Assembly: GCA_049666625.1 (NCBI GenBank) | Contig: JBATHJ010000121.1 | Span: 1-24,891 of the forward strand | Reading direction: 5' to 3' | DNA length: 24,891 bases | DNA from: Gammaproteobacteria bacterium | Lineage (GTDB): Bacteria; Pseudomonadota; Gammaproteobacteria; SZUA-229 | In this document: positions 1-7,409 of the stretch, piece by piece | Layout of the letters: every line of letters starts with the position of its first letter | Numbering within the stretch: position 1 is the first letter of the stretch | Position numbers and translations under genes: made by a program | The notes under the pieces: generated by a model | Told to the model about the DNA's origin: nothing | The model's database searches: none | What the model saw: only the letters and a program-made list of their open reading frames with translations

Positions 1-135
1 GATGAAATCGTTAAATCAAGCAAGGCTGAAGCGGAAAAGAATAAAGACGCCAAAGTTCTGGCTGCGGACGATTACCAGTTGCACGAAGCATTATTGCTTC
101 TCAAAGGACTGAACATACTGAGCCGCAAGTCCTGA
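1..135 (+). CDS. C-terminal end (partial) of a carboxy-terminal processing protease, S41 family (CtpA-like)
   Basis: Frame 1 reads DEIVKSSKAEAEKNKDAKVLAADDYQLHEALLLLKGLNILSRKS*. DYQL.EAL.LLKGL is the typical CtpA C-terminal helix, and CtpA followed by a divergent polysaccharide deacetylase is a common gene order. Confidence 0.75.
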   Translation, partial: DEIVKSSKAEAEKNKDAKVLAADDYQLHEALLLLKGLNILSRKS

Positions 136-141
136 TCAGGC

Positions 142-933
142 GTGCACGTACTACGCCACGCGTTAGCGTTGTTGCTGTTTTCGCTGGTTGCGGTACCGTG
201 TCACGCTGAAAAAATTGCCAGTATCATCATTGATGATATTGGCAATCATTTTGAACGCGGCAAGGCGGTGATTGATTTCCCGGCCGCGATTACCCTGGCG
301 ATTCTGCCTCGAATAGCGTACTCAAAAAAACTCGCCATCCTCGCGCATGAAAATAACAAGGAAGTCATGCTGCATCTGCCCATGCAGTCGATTGAAAATC
401 ACACACGCACACCCGGTACCTTATCCCTGCATATGACGCATCAGCAGTTTGCTGATCAGTTAAGGCGTAATATCGAATCTGTACCGCATATCAAGGGCAT
501 CAATAATCACATGGGCAGTTTACTAACGCGTCATCCGGGACACATGAGCTGGTTGATGCGCGAAATTGCCAGGAATGATTCGCTGTACTTCATCGACAGT
601 CGCACCACGGATAAATCACTGGCTGCCAGCGTTGCTGCTGAATATAACGTTCCAAACCTGCCACGTGATGTGTTTCTCGATCCCGACAACTCGTATCAAA
701 CCCTGCGCACACAGTTCGACCGACTGATTGATATCACTAACCGGCAAGGTCATGCGATCGCCATTGCGCATCCCTACCCGAGCACACTACAATTTATCAA
801 AGACCACCTTGACGAGCTGGCGCAACACAACATTAAAATTGTGCCGGTATCCGAGTTGATAGCGAGCCTGCAAAAACAGCAAGAGGAGAAGCAGCATGTT
901 ACGTGTACTGGTACCACTTGCGCAGGGATGTGA
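142..933 (+). CDS. Divergent polysaccharide deacetylase family protein (YibQ-like), exported
   Basis: N-terminal signal-like segment and family motifs IIIDDIG, MLHLPMQ, GINNHMGS, YFIDSRT, RDVFLD, AIAIAHP. Confidence 0.92.
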   Translation: MHVLRHALALLLFSLVAVPCHAEKIASIIIDDIGNHFERGKAVIDFPAAITLAILPRIAYSKKLAILAHENNKEVMLHLPMQSIENHTRTPGTLSLHMTHQQFADQLRRNIESVPHIKGINNHMGSLLTRHPGHMSWLMREIARNDSLYFIDSRTTDKSLAASVAAEYNVPNLPRDVFLDPDNSYQTLRTQFDRLIDITNRQGHAIAIAHPYPSTLQFIKDHLDELAQHNIKIVPVSELIASLQKQQEEKQHVTCTGTTCAGM

Positions 934-1450
934 AGAACTCGAAGCTATCACCATAACCGACCTGCTGGTGCGCGCGGGCATTCAGGTCACCACTGCCGGT
1001 CTCGATCACCAGCCAGTAACCGCATCACGCGGAACCCGCATTCTTCCCGACACCAGCATCGACCAGGTTTTAGACCAGTCTTTCGACATGATCGTGCTCC
1101 CCGGCGGCCTGCCTGGCGCAGACCATCTACGCGATGATGCCCGACTTCAACAATTGCTAAAAAAACATGCTTCCAGTGATCGACCAGTTGCTGCGATTTG
1201 CGCCGCGCCCAAAGCACTTGCCGCCGCTGGCCTGCTGGACGGCAAAACCGCTACTGCTTATCCGGGCACGCTGGAAACTCTTCACAATACTGCGATCACT
1301 ATCAGTGCGCGCGATATTGAAATTGATGGCAATGTCATTACCTCACGCGGGCCCGGCACAGCGATGGACTTTGCACTCAAGCTGATTGAAATTCTCGCCG
1401 GCAAAGCAAAACGCGACGAGGTCAATGCACAGCTGGTTCGAAATCACTAG
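896..1450 (+). CDS. yajL: DJ-1/PfpI family protein (YajL/ThiJ-like glyoxalase/deglycase)
   Basis: GCEELEA (Glu), LPGG, AICAAP (nucleophilic Cys), ITSRGPGTAMDF. RBS GAGGAG just upstream of ATG 896. Confidence 0.9.
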   Translation: MLRVLVPLAQGCEELEAITITDLLVRAGIQVTTAGLDHQPVTASRGTRILPDTSIDQVLDQSFDMIVLPGGLPGADHLRDDARLQQLLKKHASSDRPVAAICAAPKALAAAGLLDGKTATAYPGTLETLHNTAITISARDIEIDGNVITSRGPGTAMDFALKLIEILAGKAKRDEVNAQLVRNH

Positions 1451-1560
1451 CTGGATTGTACCGGCGCGATCATTGGTAATTACCTCGCATAAACTAAGTC
1501 TTATCGGTTTCTCAATAAATTATAATGGGCGGCTATTTAAAAGTTAGTAAGAGGTGTGCC

Positions 1561-1896
1561 ATGCAGGCCGAAGTAAACGGAAAAACCATCCAGTTGAGTG
1601 AAGCCGGCTGGCTTGACAACCTGGACGAATGGAGCGAGGAACTCGCCGCCCAGATCGCTATAAACGAAAAAATTGATGCCCTCGGTGATGAGCACTGGGA
1701 CATCATTCGTGAAGCGCGTGACTATTTTCATGAAAACGGCATGGTGTGCGAGCCGCGTGCGTTTTCAAAAATCATGAAACAGAAGTTCGGCAAGGACCGA
1801 AGCGATCAGAAATATATCTATTCGCTGTTTCCAACCGGGTTGATCAAGTGCGCTAACAAGATTGCCGGCCTGCCCAGGCCCAAGGGTTGCAGCTGA
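1561..1896 (+). CDS. TusE/DsrC/DsvC family sulfur-relay protein
   Basis: G.L.NLDEWSEELA, EHWDII, Y.LFP.G and C-terminal KIAGLPRPKGCS. Start placed at ATG 1561 (GAGG RBS upstream) rather than 1525. Confidence 0.9.
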   Translation: MQAEVNGKTIQLSEAGWLDNLDEWSEELAAQIAINEKIDALGDEHWDIIREARDYFHENGMVCEPRAFSKIMKQKFGKDRSDQKYIYSLFPTGLIKCANKIAGLPRPKGCS

Positions 1897-1904
1897 ATCG
1901 GGAC

Positions 1905-1939
1905 AAAAGAAAGGGGCTTTTATAGCCCCTTTCTTTTTT
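1905..1939. terminator. Bidirectional rho-independent terminator
   Basis: Perfect 14-bp stem AAAAGAAAGGGGCT / AGCCCCTTTCTTTT with 5-nt loop and A/T tracts on both sides, between convergent genes. Confidence 0.9.
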
Positions 1940-1966
1940 GTTGCGCATTATTGCTGACCGAGAACA

Positions 1967-2632
1967 TCAGGCGCGATAGCGATAAGCATCCACGCTCATG
2001 CACAGGTTGACCCTGTCACTCACCACCGGCGACAGGGTGTACATACCAAATTCTGATCGCTGAATCGTGGTGGTCGCTTTCACCATGATACGGTCATCTC
2101 CAGGCACTGAATCAAGCTTGTGCATTTCTACGTAAAACGCCACTTCCCGGGTCACGCCGTGCAGTGTCAGCTCACCTTTTAGAATGGCTTTTTGCTCAGA
2201 CAACCATTCGAAGCTGGTGCTGACGAACAGAATATCCGGGTATTGCTCAATATCGAAAAAGCTCTCGCTTTTCAGCATGGCCTCGATAAACCCCGAGTTT
2301 GTCTCCAGGCTGGCGACGTCGATACTGACCAGGGCGGAGTTCTGCCTGGTTTCCTGCTGCAGTGCCATTCCGCCCTTGAAGCTGCGAAACTCCGCTTCCA
2401 CCATGCCGAGCGGACTGTCGACACAAAAGCCCATTTTTGATGTGCCCGGCTGGATGCGGTAAAGATCACCTTGCTCGGCTGCCTGCAGCATCGCACTCAT
2501 CAGGCCAGTATCCACCTGCGCGTTTTTGAATGGCGCACAAAGATCGCTTTCATCGGCAATAGCAATCCCGCTCGCGACCAGCAATACAGTGCTTAACAGT
2601 ATGTTTTCGATGAATTTTTTAGAGATAGCCAT
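1967..2632 (-). CDS. YceI-family (polyisoprenoid-binding) periplasmic protein
   Basis: Signal peptide and motifs IDVASLET, LKSESFFDIEQYPDILF.ST, GELTLHGVTREV, TIQRSEFGM. Confidence 0.9.
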   Translation of the reverse strand: MAISKKFIENILLSTVLLVASGIAIADESDLCAPFKNAQVDTGLMSAMLQAAEQGDLYRIQPGTSKMGFCVDSPLGMVEAEFRSFKGGMALQQETRQNSALVSIDVASLETNSGFIEAMLKSESFFDIEQYPDILFVSTSFEWLSEQKAILKGELTLHGVTREVAFYVEMHKLDSVPGDDRIMVKATTTIQRSEFGMYTLSPVVSDRVNLCMSVDAYRYRA

Positions 2633-2648
2633 AAGCCCCCCTGAAATC

Positions 2649-2688
2649 TATATTAGCGTATTCTAATATATTTGACTCAAAAGGTCAA
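2649..2688 (-). promoter_or_regulatory. Predicted sigma70 promoter of the YceI gene with overlapping palindromic operators
   Basis: Minus strand TTGACC (2683-2688)-17 nt-TAGAAT (2660-2665). Inverted repeat TATATTAG-N6-CTAATATA (2649-2670) overlaps the -10, and TTGAC-N7-GTCAA (2672-2688) overlaps the -35. Confidence 0.65.
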
Positions 2689-2725
2689 TGATTTCGTGCC
2701 AAAATGGCAGGAAACTGCAGGGACA

Positions 2726-5077
2726 TTAGGGCGAGATGCTTATCTGATCGAGTACTACGCGTTGCAATATGAGGTAGTCAGCCGCATTTAGCAGGCCATC
2801 CGGTGAAGCCAATCCAGCTGACAATGGCGCAATATCGCCGCGGATCAGCTGCTCGGGATCTGCGACCACAATACCCAGCACGATTTGCTGCATCAGAAGC
2901 AAATCGCGCACATCGACATCACCATCGCCGTTCAAATCACCGCTGGCTTCACCGGGTATGGACTGTGGGTTATTGGGGTTGCTCCCGGCATCCAGCTCGA
3001 CATTGTCATCGTAGCCGTCGTCATCACTGTCCATGAGTAACGGGTCAGTCAGGTATAGATTGACTTCATCGCCGTCGAGCAGGGTATCAGTGTCGGTGTC
3101 CTGCAAAAATGGGCTGGTGCCCAGCGCCGCTTCTTCGATATCACTCAGCCCATCATTGTCATCGTCCGGGTCACAGACATCACCCAGGCCGTCGATATCA
3201 TTGTCCAGCTGGTCGGCATTGGCATCGTTCGGGCAGTTATCATCTGCATTCAACACGCCGTCTGCATCGGCATCGTAATAGGCCAGCGCCTGGTCGACCT
3301 GTATCAACCCATAGCCAGAACTGAAATCAAATCCGGCGCTTAACATATCGATAGCTGTGTTTTGCAGAGCTGCGTAAATATCATCTGGCGTCAAACTGTT
3401 GATATTCGACTTGAGCAGTGCCGCCGCAGCTGCAGCATGGGGAGCGGCGGCGGATGTACCAAAGAAGTTTGGATAGCTGTTGCCATCATTATAATTCGAA
3501 CCAAAGAAAGTCGTATCACCACCATCGGGGGCAACGATTTCGGGTTTCAGTCGCTGCTGGTTTATCGGGTTACCAGCAACATCAAACAAGATCGTTAAGC
3601 CACCCTGCGATGAAAATGATTCCAGCTGTGGCGGCGATATACCATACGCCGGTGTGCGGTCATAGCGCGCAGCCCCCACTCCTCGACCGCCGGCTGCTAT
3701 TGCATGGCCGTATGAGCTGCTGCTGTTGGTTGCATATTCATTGATCGACATGCTTCCAAAATAAACAAACTTTACAAGTCCAGGTTCGGTGCCGGCAACA
3801 TGGTCGATTGCAATCTGGTAGGTCGCTGTACTACTGGTAGTGTTGGTATAGGCAAATATATCGACCGCATCGCCACCAATATTATTATCACTCGATCCAG
3901 TCAATACGCTGCCACTGGCGGAATATAACACCATATCCATATCGGCCGATGCACCGGGTGCACCGCTGACGGAATAGAAAGGGTTATCCCATTGCAACAC
4001 AAAGATCACCTGGGCGTTTGCCGGTATAGATACCTGCATCAATAAGTCTGTAGCAGCGCCCGGGTCGAAGTCATGACGCTTGCTGCGCGGGGCCAGGCCT
4101 TTTATACCTGAATTACGATAAACAGACTCGTAACTTTTTTTCGCGCTATTCCCTGCCGAGGAAAAATAGGCCACGCCCATCGCCCTGACCGCATCCACTG
4201 CCTGTGAGACAGGACCATCCTGAAACATGGGCTCGGCAAAATAGCTCACATCGTCATTAATCACATCGGCGTTGGCTACCGTGGCCAGCTCGATAATGCC
4301 ATTGGCAAAATCGGCGATGCCGCCAAATGCACTGTGAAAAGCCTGGCTCGCTCCGGGTGCAACATCATGCACAATTTGCATCATGGCGCGACCTTCATCG
4401 GTGCCGGATTCACAGCCGGTTTCTTCCTGCAGCACTATAACGCTTGCAGGCAAATCTCCGCTGGCGACATCGGCAGCGGCACCACCCAGGCAGTCATAAC
4501 TGTCTGATAGTGTGCCGACCACTATGCCACTGCCATCGCTGGCGTAAACTGAGCGCGCAATATTCGATGCCTGGGCGATATCGCCCTGACTCGTAACCAG
4601 CCCGGAATTTTTAACCGCCATCGCTGCCCGTGAAAATCGCAATTCTGCGAGCCCGGCCGCCAGCGGCAAGGCACTCACCGGTAAATAACCCGAGACATAA
4701 CGACCGAACACTGACACCTGCTGCATACCCAGCTGGCGCAATGATTGTTCCAGCTGCTTTACATCGTCAGTAGCCACTGCATCGATTAGTATATTTTCTC
4801 CGCGAAGCTGTAAAAGCCTGTTACTGGCTCTGAATGACATAGGGCGTGCGACTGATTTGAAATCCTTGTGCTCAAAATACAGGCTGACCAGGTCGTAACC
4901 AATTTTCGCCATGGGGCCATCTTTGCCGCTACGGTCTTTACCCTGGAACGCTTCGATTGCCTGCTGCGCTTCACTGCTAACCTGGCTGCCAGGCACGCCA
5001 GGCGGGACAGCAAAAGCCTGCGCTACGAAACAGGCTAAAGCTATTCCAATCGCTGATCTGTGATTATCGGGTATCAT
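2726..5077 (-). CDS. Secreted S8/S53-like serine peptidase with thrombospondin type 3 repeats and C-terminal dockerin-like domain
   Basis: Signal peptide and propeptide. Catalytic-region motifs VGTLSDS, DEGRAMMQIVHDVAPGA, SSAGNS, FFGTSAAAPH. Asp-rich Ca-binding repeats DADADGV..DDNCP..ANADQLDNDIDGLGDVCD. Dockerin-like GDLNGDGDVDVRDLLL...DGLLNAADYLIL. Confidence 0.88.
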   Translation of the reverse strand: MIPDNHRSAIGIALACFVAQAFAVPPGVPGSQVSSEAQQAIEAFQGKDRSGKDGPMAKIGYDLVSLYFEHKDFKSVARPMSFRASNRLLQLRGENILIDAVATDDVKQLEQSLRQLGMQQVSVFGRYVSGYLPVSALPLAAGLAELRFSRAAMAVKNSGLVTSQGDIAQASNIARSVYASDGSGIVVGTLSDSYDCLGGAAADVASGDLPASVIVLQEETGCESGTDEGRAMMQIVHDVAPGASQAFHSAFGGIADFANGIIELATVANADVINDDVSYFAEPMFQDGPVSQAVDAVRAMGVAYFSSAGNSAKKSYESVYRNSGIKGLAPRSKRHDFDPGAATDLLMQVSIPANAQVIFVLQWDNPFYSVSGAPGASADMDMVLYSASGSVLTGSSDNNIGGDAVDIFAYTNTTSSTATYQIAIDHVAGTEPGLVKFVYFGSMSINEYATNSSSSYGHAIAAGGRGVGAARYDRTPAYGISPPQLESFSSQGGLTILFDVAGNPINQQRLKPEIVAPDGGDTTFFGSNYNDGNSYPNFFGTSAAAPHAAAAAALLKSNINSLTPDDIYAALQNTAIDMLSAGFDFSSGYGLIQVDQALAYYDADADGVLNADDNCPNDANADQLDNDIDGLGDVCDPDDDNDGLSDIEEAALGTSPFLQDTDTDTLLDGDEVNLYLTDPLLMDSDDDGYDDNVELDAGSNPNNPQSIPGEASGDLNGDGDVDVRDLLLMQQIVLGIVVADPEQLIRGDIAPLSAGLASPDGLLNAADYLILQRVVLDQISISP

Positions 5078-5111
5078 CTTTAAAAGCTAGCAATATTCAT
5101 GCTAACCGGTC

Positions 5112-5124
5112 TAATCTGTTGATA
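5112..5124 (-). promoter_or_regulatory. Putative IHF binding site upstream of the peptidase
   Basis: Minus strand TATCAACAGATTA matches WATCAANNNNTTR exactly, in AT-rich intergenic DNA. Confidence 0.4.
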
Positions 5125-5341
5125 TTATTGTACATAACAACGCTAACAAAGAGTGTGGAGTGAATCTGGAACCCAAGTGTAAACGATAACGACATTTAAA
5201 ATACGCTAACGACTGTCAGATCTGGAACAGCTACAGAACGAGTGATACATCGATTTTAGTTATGGTTCTATCACTGAGAATCAACTGAAAATACAATATA
5301 ATGTAGCCTTAATCAGCACGACATGGATACGCTTTAATGCA

Positions 5342-5503
5342 ATGAACGAAGAACACCCTATTCAAGCTAGCTCAAAAACCGGCCCTGGTAAAAAGATAAC
5401 GGACGACAAGAAGCCGCCAAGTGATTTCCTGCAGGGACTGGTGTTGTTTATCGCTTTTATTATATTTATGGCGGTCTGGCTTTACTATAACGTACCCGGA
5501 TGA
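5342..5503 (+). CDS. Small 53-aa protein with a single C-terminal transmembrane helix (not in the ORF track)
   Basis: MNEEHPIQASSKTGPGKKITDDKKPPSDFLQGLVLFIAFIIFMAVWLYYNVPG*: charged N-terminus followed by a hydrophobic run of about 18 aa. RBS is weak. Confidence 0.5.
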   Translation: MNEEHPIQASSKTGPGKKITDDKKPPSDFLQGLVLFIAFIIFMAVWLYYNVPG

Positions 5504-5548
5504 TATCTAACCAGGCTCACCCCTGTATGCGCTGTGCCCTGCTGCACC

Positions 5549-5580
5549 CGATCTACTGCAGCGATCTACTGCAGCGATCT
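5549..5580. repeat. 13-bp tandem repeat, about 2.5 copies
   Basis: CGATCTACTGCAG CGATCTACTGCAG CGATCT. Confidence 0.85.
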
Positions 5581-5630
5581 CACCAGGCGTAACTTATGCT
5601 GTTACTGTCACCAGCAACGAACCGCGAGCT

Positions 5631-7334
5631 TTATTGTTGCATATGCAGTCTGGCCTGCTGAAACACGATTCGTATTATTAAATCCATCTGTTCTTCTGTA
5701 AGCGCGATTTCACTTTTTGCGTTTACTTCATCATATAAATAATCATCAATCAGGTTCATAACACGATTTTGTGCATCAACGTCGTCCCAAAATCGGACCT
5801 TCCAGTTATGCCTGATAATATTTGTTAATGCCAGCGCAGCATCAGCTGCTCTCTCCGCTTTGGTAGCTTCTTGCTGACCAGATGGTGCAAATACAGGTTT
5901 AATTTGTTGATAGCATGCCAGCGCCAGTGGATTATTGTACAAGCATTCAGGTACAGCTTCGTTTACCTGGTTGATGACCCTGTCACGTATTTCTGCAACC
6001 TTGTTGATATACTCTACGGCAGAAATACGTCCCGCCTTGAACTCAGCTACCAGCTGATGCGCCTTTTTTATGAACTGTGTTGAATCTATACTATCGCCAT
6101 CATACATATCTGATATTAGGCCCATCAGAACATGTACAACTGCATCTGCTTTCGAGGCAGGCAGTGCATAATAACCTGCACGCTCTTCACGAACATGGCT
6201 TGTTTGACTGGCGCCTGGAGATTCGTGTTGCATTATTAACGTTGTATATAGTTGATTAAACCAGCTCAGATGCTTTGTGTATTCCGCCAGCTTCTTCTCT
6301 GATGTTTGCATGACAAATTCTTTAACTGATAATGCAAGCTTTAGTGTACTGGCATATTTTTCGAGCCTCGAATAAAACTCTTTTCTGGCAATGCCGTCTG
6401 CCAGGATTGTTCTGCAAACTTTTTTGTCGATCCAGCTACCCGCCACCTCGAATATACTGCACAGCTGCTTGTGATGCCAGGATAATGCGCCGACTTCATC
6501 CATTACATTGTAAACACCGCTGACCATTGACTGTGCAGTTACGTGTGCATGTTTGTCATGCAATGTCTCAGGTTGAAAAGTTGATAGCTCGTTATCAGCA
6601 TAATCAATAACCATGCGATACTTGTCGCGACGTGACATGTCGATGTGATTGTGCATATTGGTTTGACATATAAGGTCTGTTAGTGCCTCAGGATTTACAT
6701 TGCAAGCCAGGTAGGAAATGCGATTGCGTGGCACGTTGAAAGCGCGCCGAATATCACCTACCACAATCAGGATCTCAGGCAGCACACCGTGACTAAATCT
6801 ATTAAGAACATAATTATTATAATCGGCTTCTGTTGTACAGAATTTCATCTTCTCCTTCCAGCAGGATGAAGCACTGTTATTTATATTGGTGTCAGCTGGC
6901 ACTTCAGCCTCGCCACTTTCTGTTGACGATAAAATGATTTCTGAATGCACTAGCCCTATCACTTCAAAATCGTGCTGATATTTCAATGCAGCCGCATTAC
7001 TCTCAACAACGAGCTGCGCTTTATACCCTGAGCCCTGCCAGTTCGAAAGATAATGCTCACTGATATCGAATGCCCGCGAATAGATTATTTGTTCAGATGC
7101 ACCCATGCTCAGCGCCTGCAAATATTTATTCTTTAATTCTGATTTCTGTAGATTGCTTATGCCTTGAAAATGTCTGCTGAACCAGTCATCAAGCGTGCGC
7201 CTGTCATGTAGCATGTCCGCATCCCGCCTCTCATACAATACGGGGCTACTAATTGCACCTGCGATTTCTGCACTTGCTGAACAACACGCATCGAAAACAC
7301 CAGCATGCCGTACATGGATTGAATTTGCTTCCAT
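5631..7334 (-). CDS. hsdR: N-terminally truncated, degenerate type I restriction subunit HsdR (second RecA-like domain plus C-terminal helical domain only)
   Basis: PVLYERR, IYSRAFDISEHY..NWQGSGYKAQLV, PEILIVV, VIDY and FWDDVDAQNRVMNLIDDYLYD match the HsdR C-terminal half. No nuclease, Walker A or DEAH motif, and motifs V/VI are degenerate. ORF is uninterrupted; may be a pseudogene. Confidence 0.8.
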   Translation of the reverse strand: MEANSIHVRHAGVFDACCSASAEIAGAISSPVLYERRDADMLHDRRTLDDWFSRHFQGISNLQKSELKNKYLQALSMGASEQIIYSRAFDISEHYLSNWQGSGYKAQLVVESNAAALKYQHDFEVIGLVHSEIILSSTESGEAEVPADTNINNSASSCWKEKMKFCTTEADYNNYVLNRFSHGVLPEILIVVGDIRRAFNVPRNRISYLACNVNPEALTDLICQTNMHNHIDMSRRDKYRMVIDYADNELSTFQPETLHDKHAHVTAQSMVSGVYNVMDEVGALSWHHKQLCSIFEVAGSWIDKKVCRTILADGIARKEFYSRLEKYASTLKLALSVKEFVMQTSEKKLAEYTKHLSWFNQLYTTLIMQHESPGASQTSHVREERAGYYALPASKADAVVHVLMGLISDMYDGDSIDSTQFIKKAHQLVAEFKAGRISAVEYINKVAEIRDRVINQVNEAVPECLYNNPLALACYQQIKPVFAPSGQQEATKAERAADAALALTNIIRHNWKVRFWDDVDAQNRVMNLIDDYLYDEVNAKSEIALTEEQMDLIIRIVFQQARLHMQQ

Positions 7335-7409
7335 ACAGTTTACCTGTCAGTCAGAATCCTGTTGTTTTGTTTGTGACCGTGGAACCATCACCAGATTTAA
7401 GATGTATAT

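Noticed and set aside
2930..3280. Repetitive GTCATC/GCCGTC-rich DNA as a possible repeat array or CRISPR
   Set aside because: Explained by Asp-rich TSP3/dockerin coding repeats; no constant repeat-spacer periodicity seen anywhere in the window.
5587..5610. GCGTAAC...GTTACTGTC resembling the glmS 3' end (attTn7 TnsD site)
   Set aside because: Spacing does not fit the PRNLAKSVTVE coding pattern, it is on the opposite strand to glmU, and no Tn7 ends are visible.
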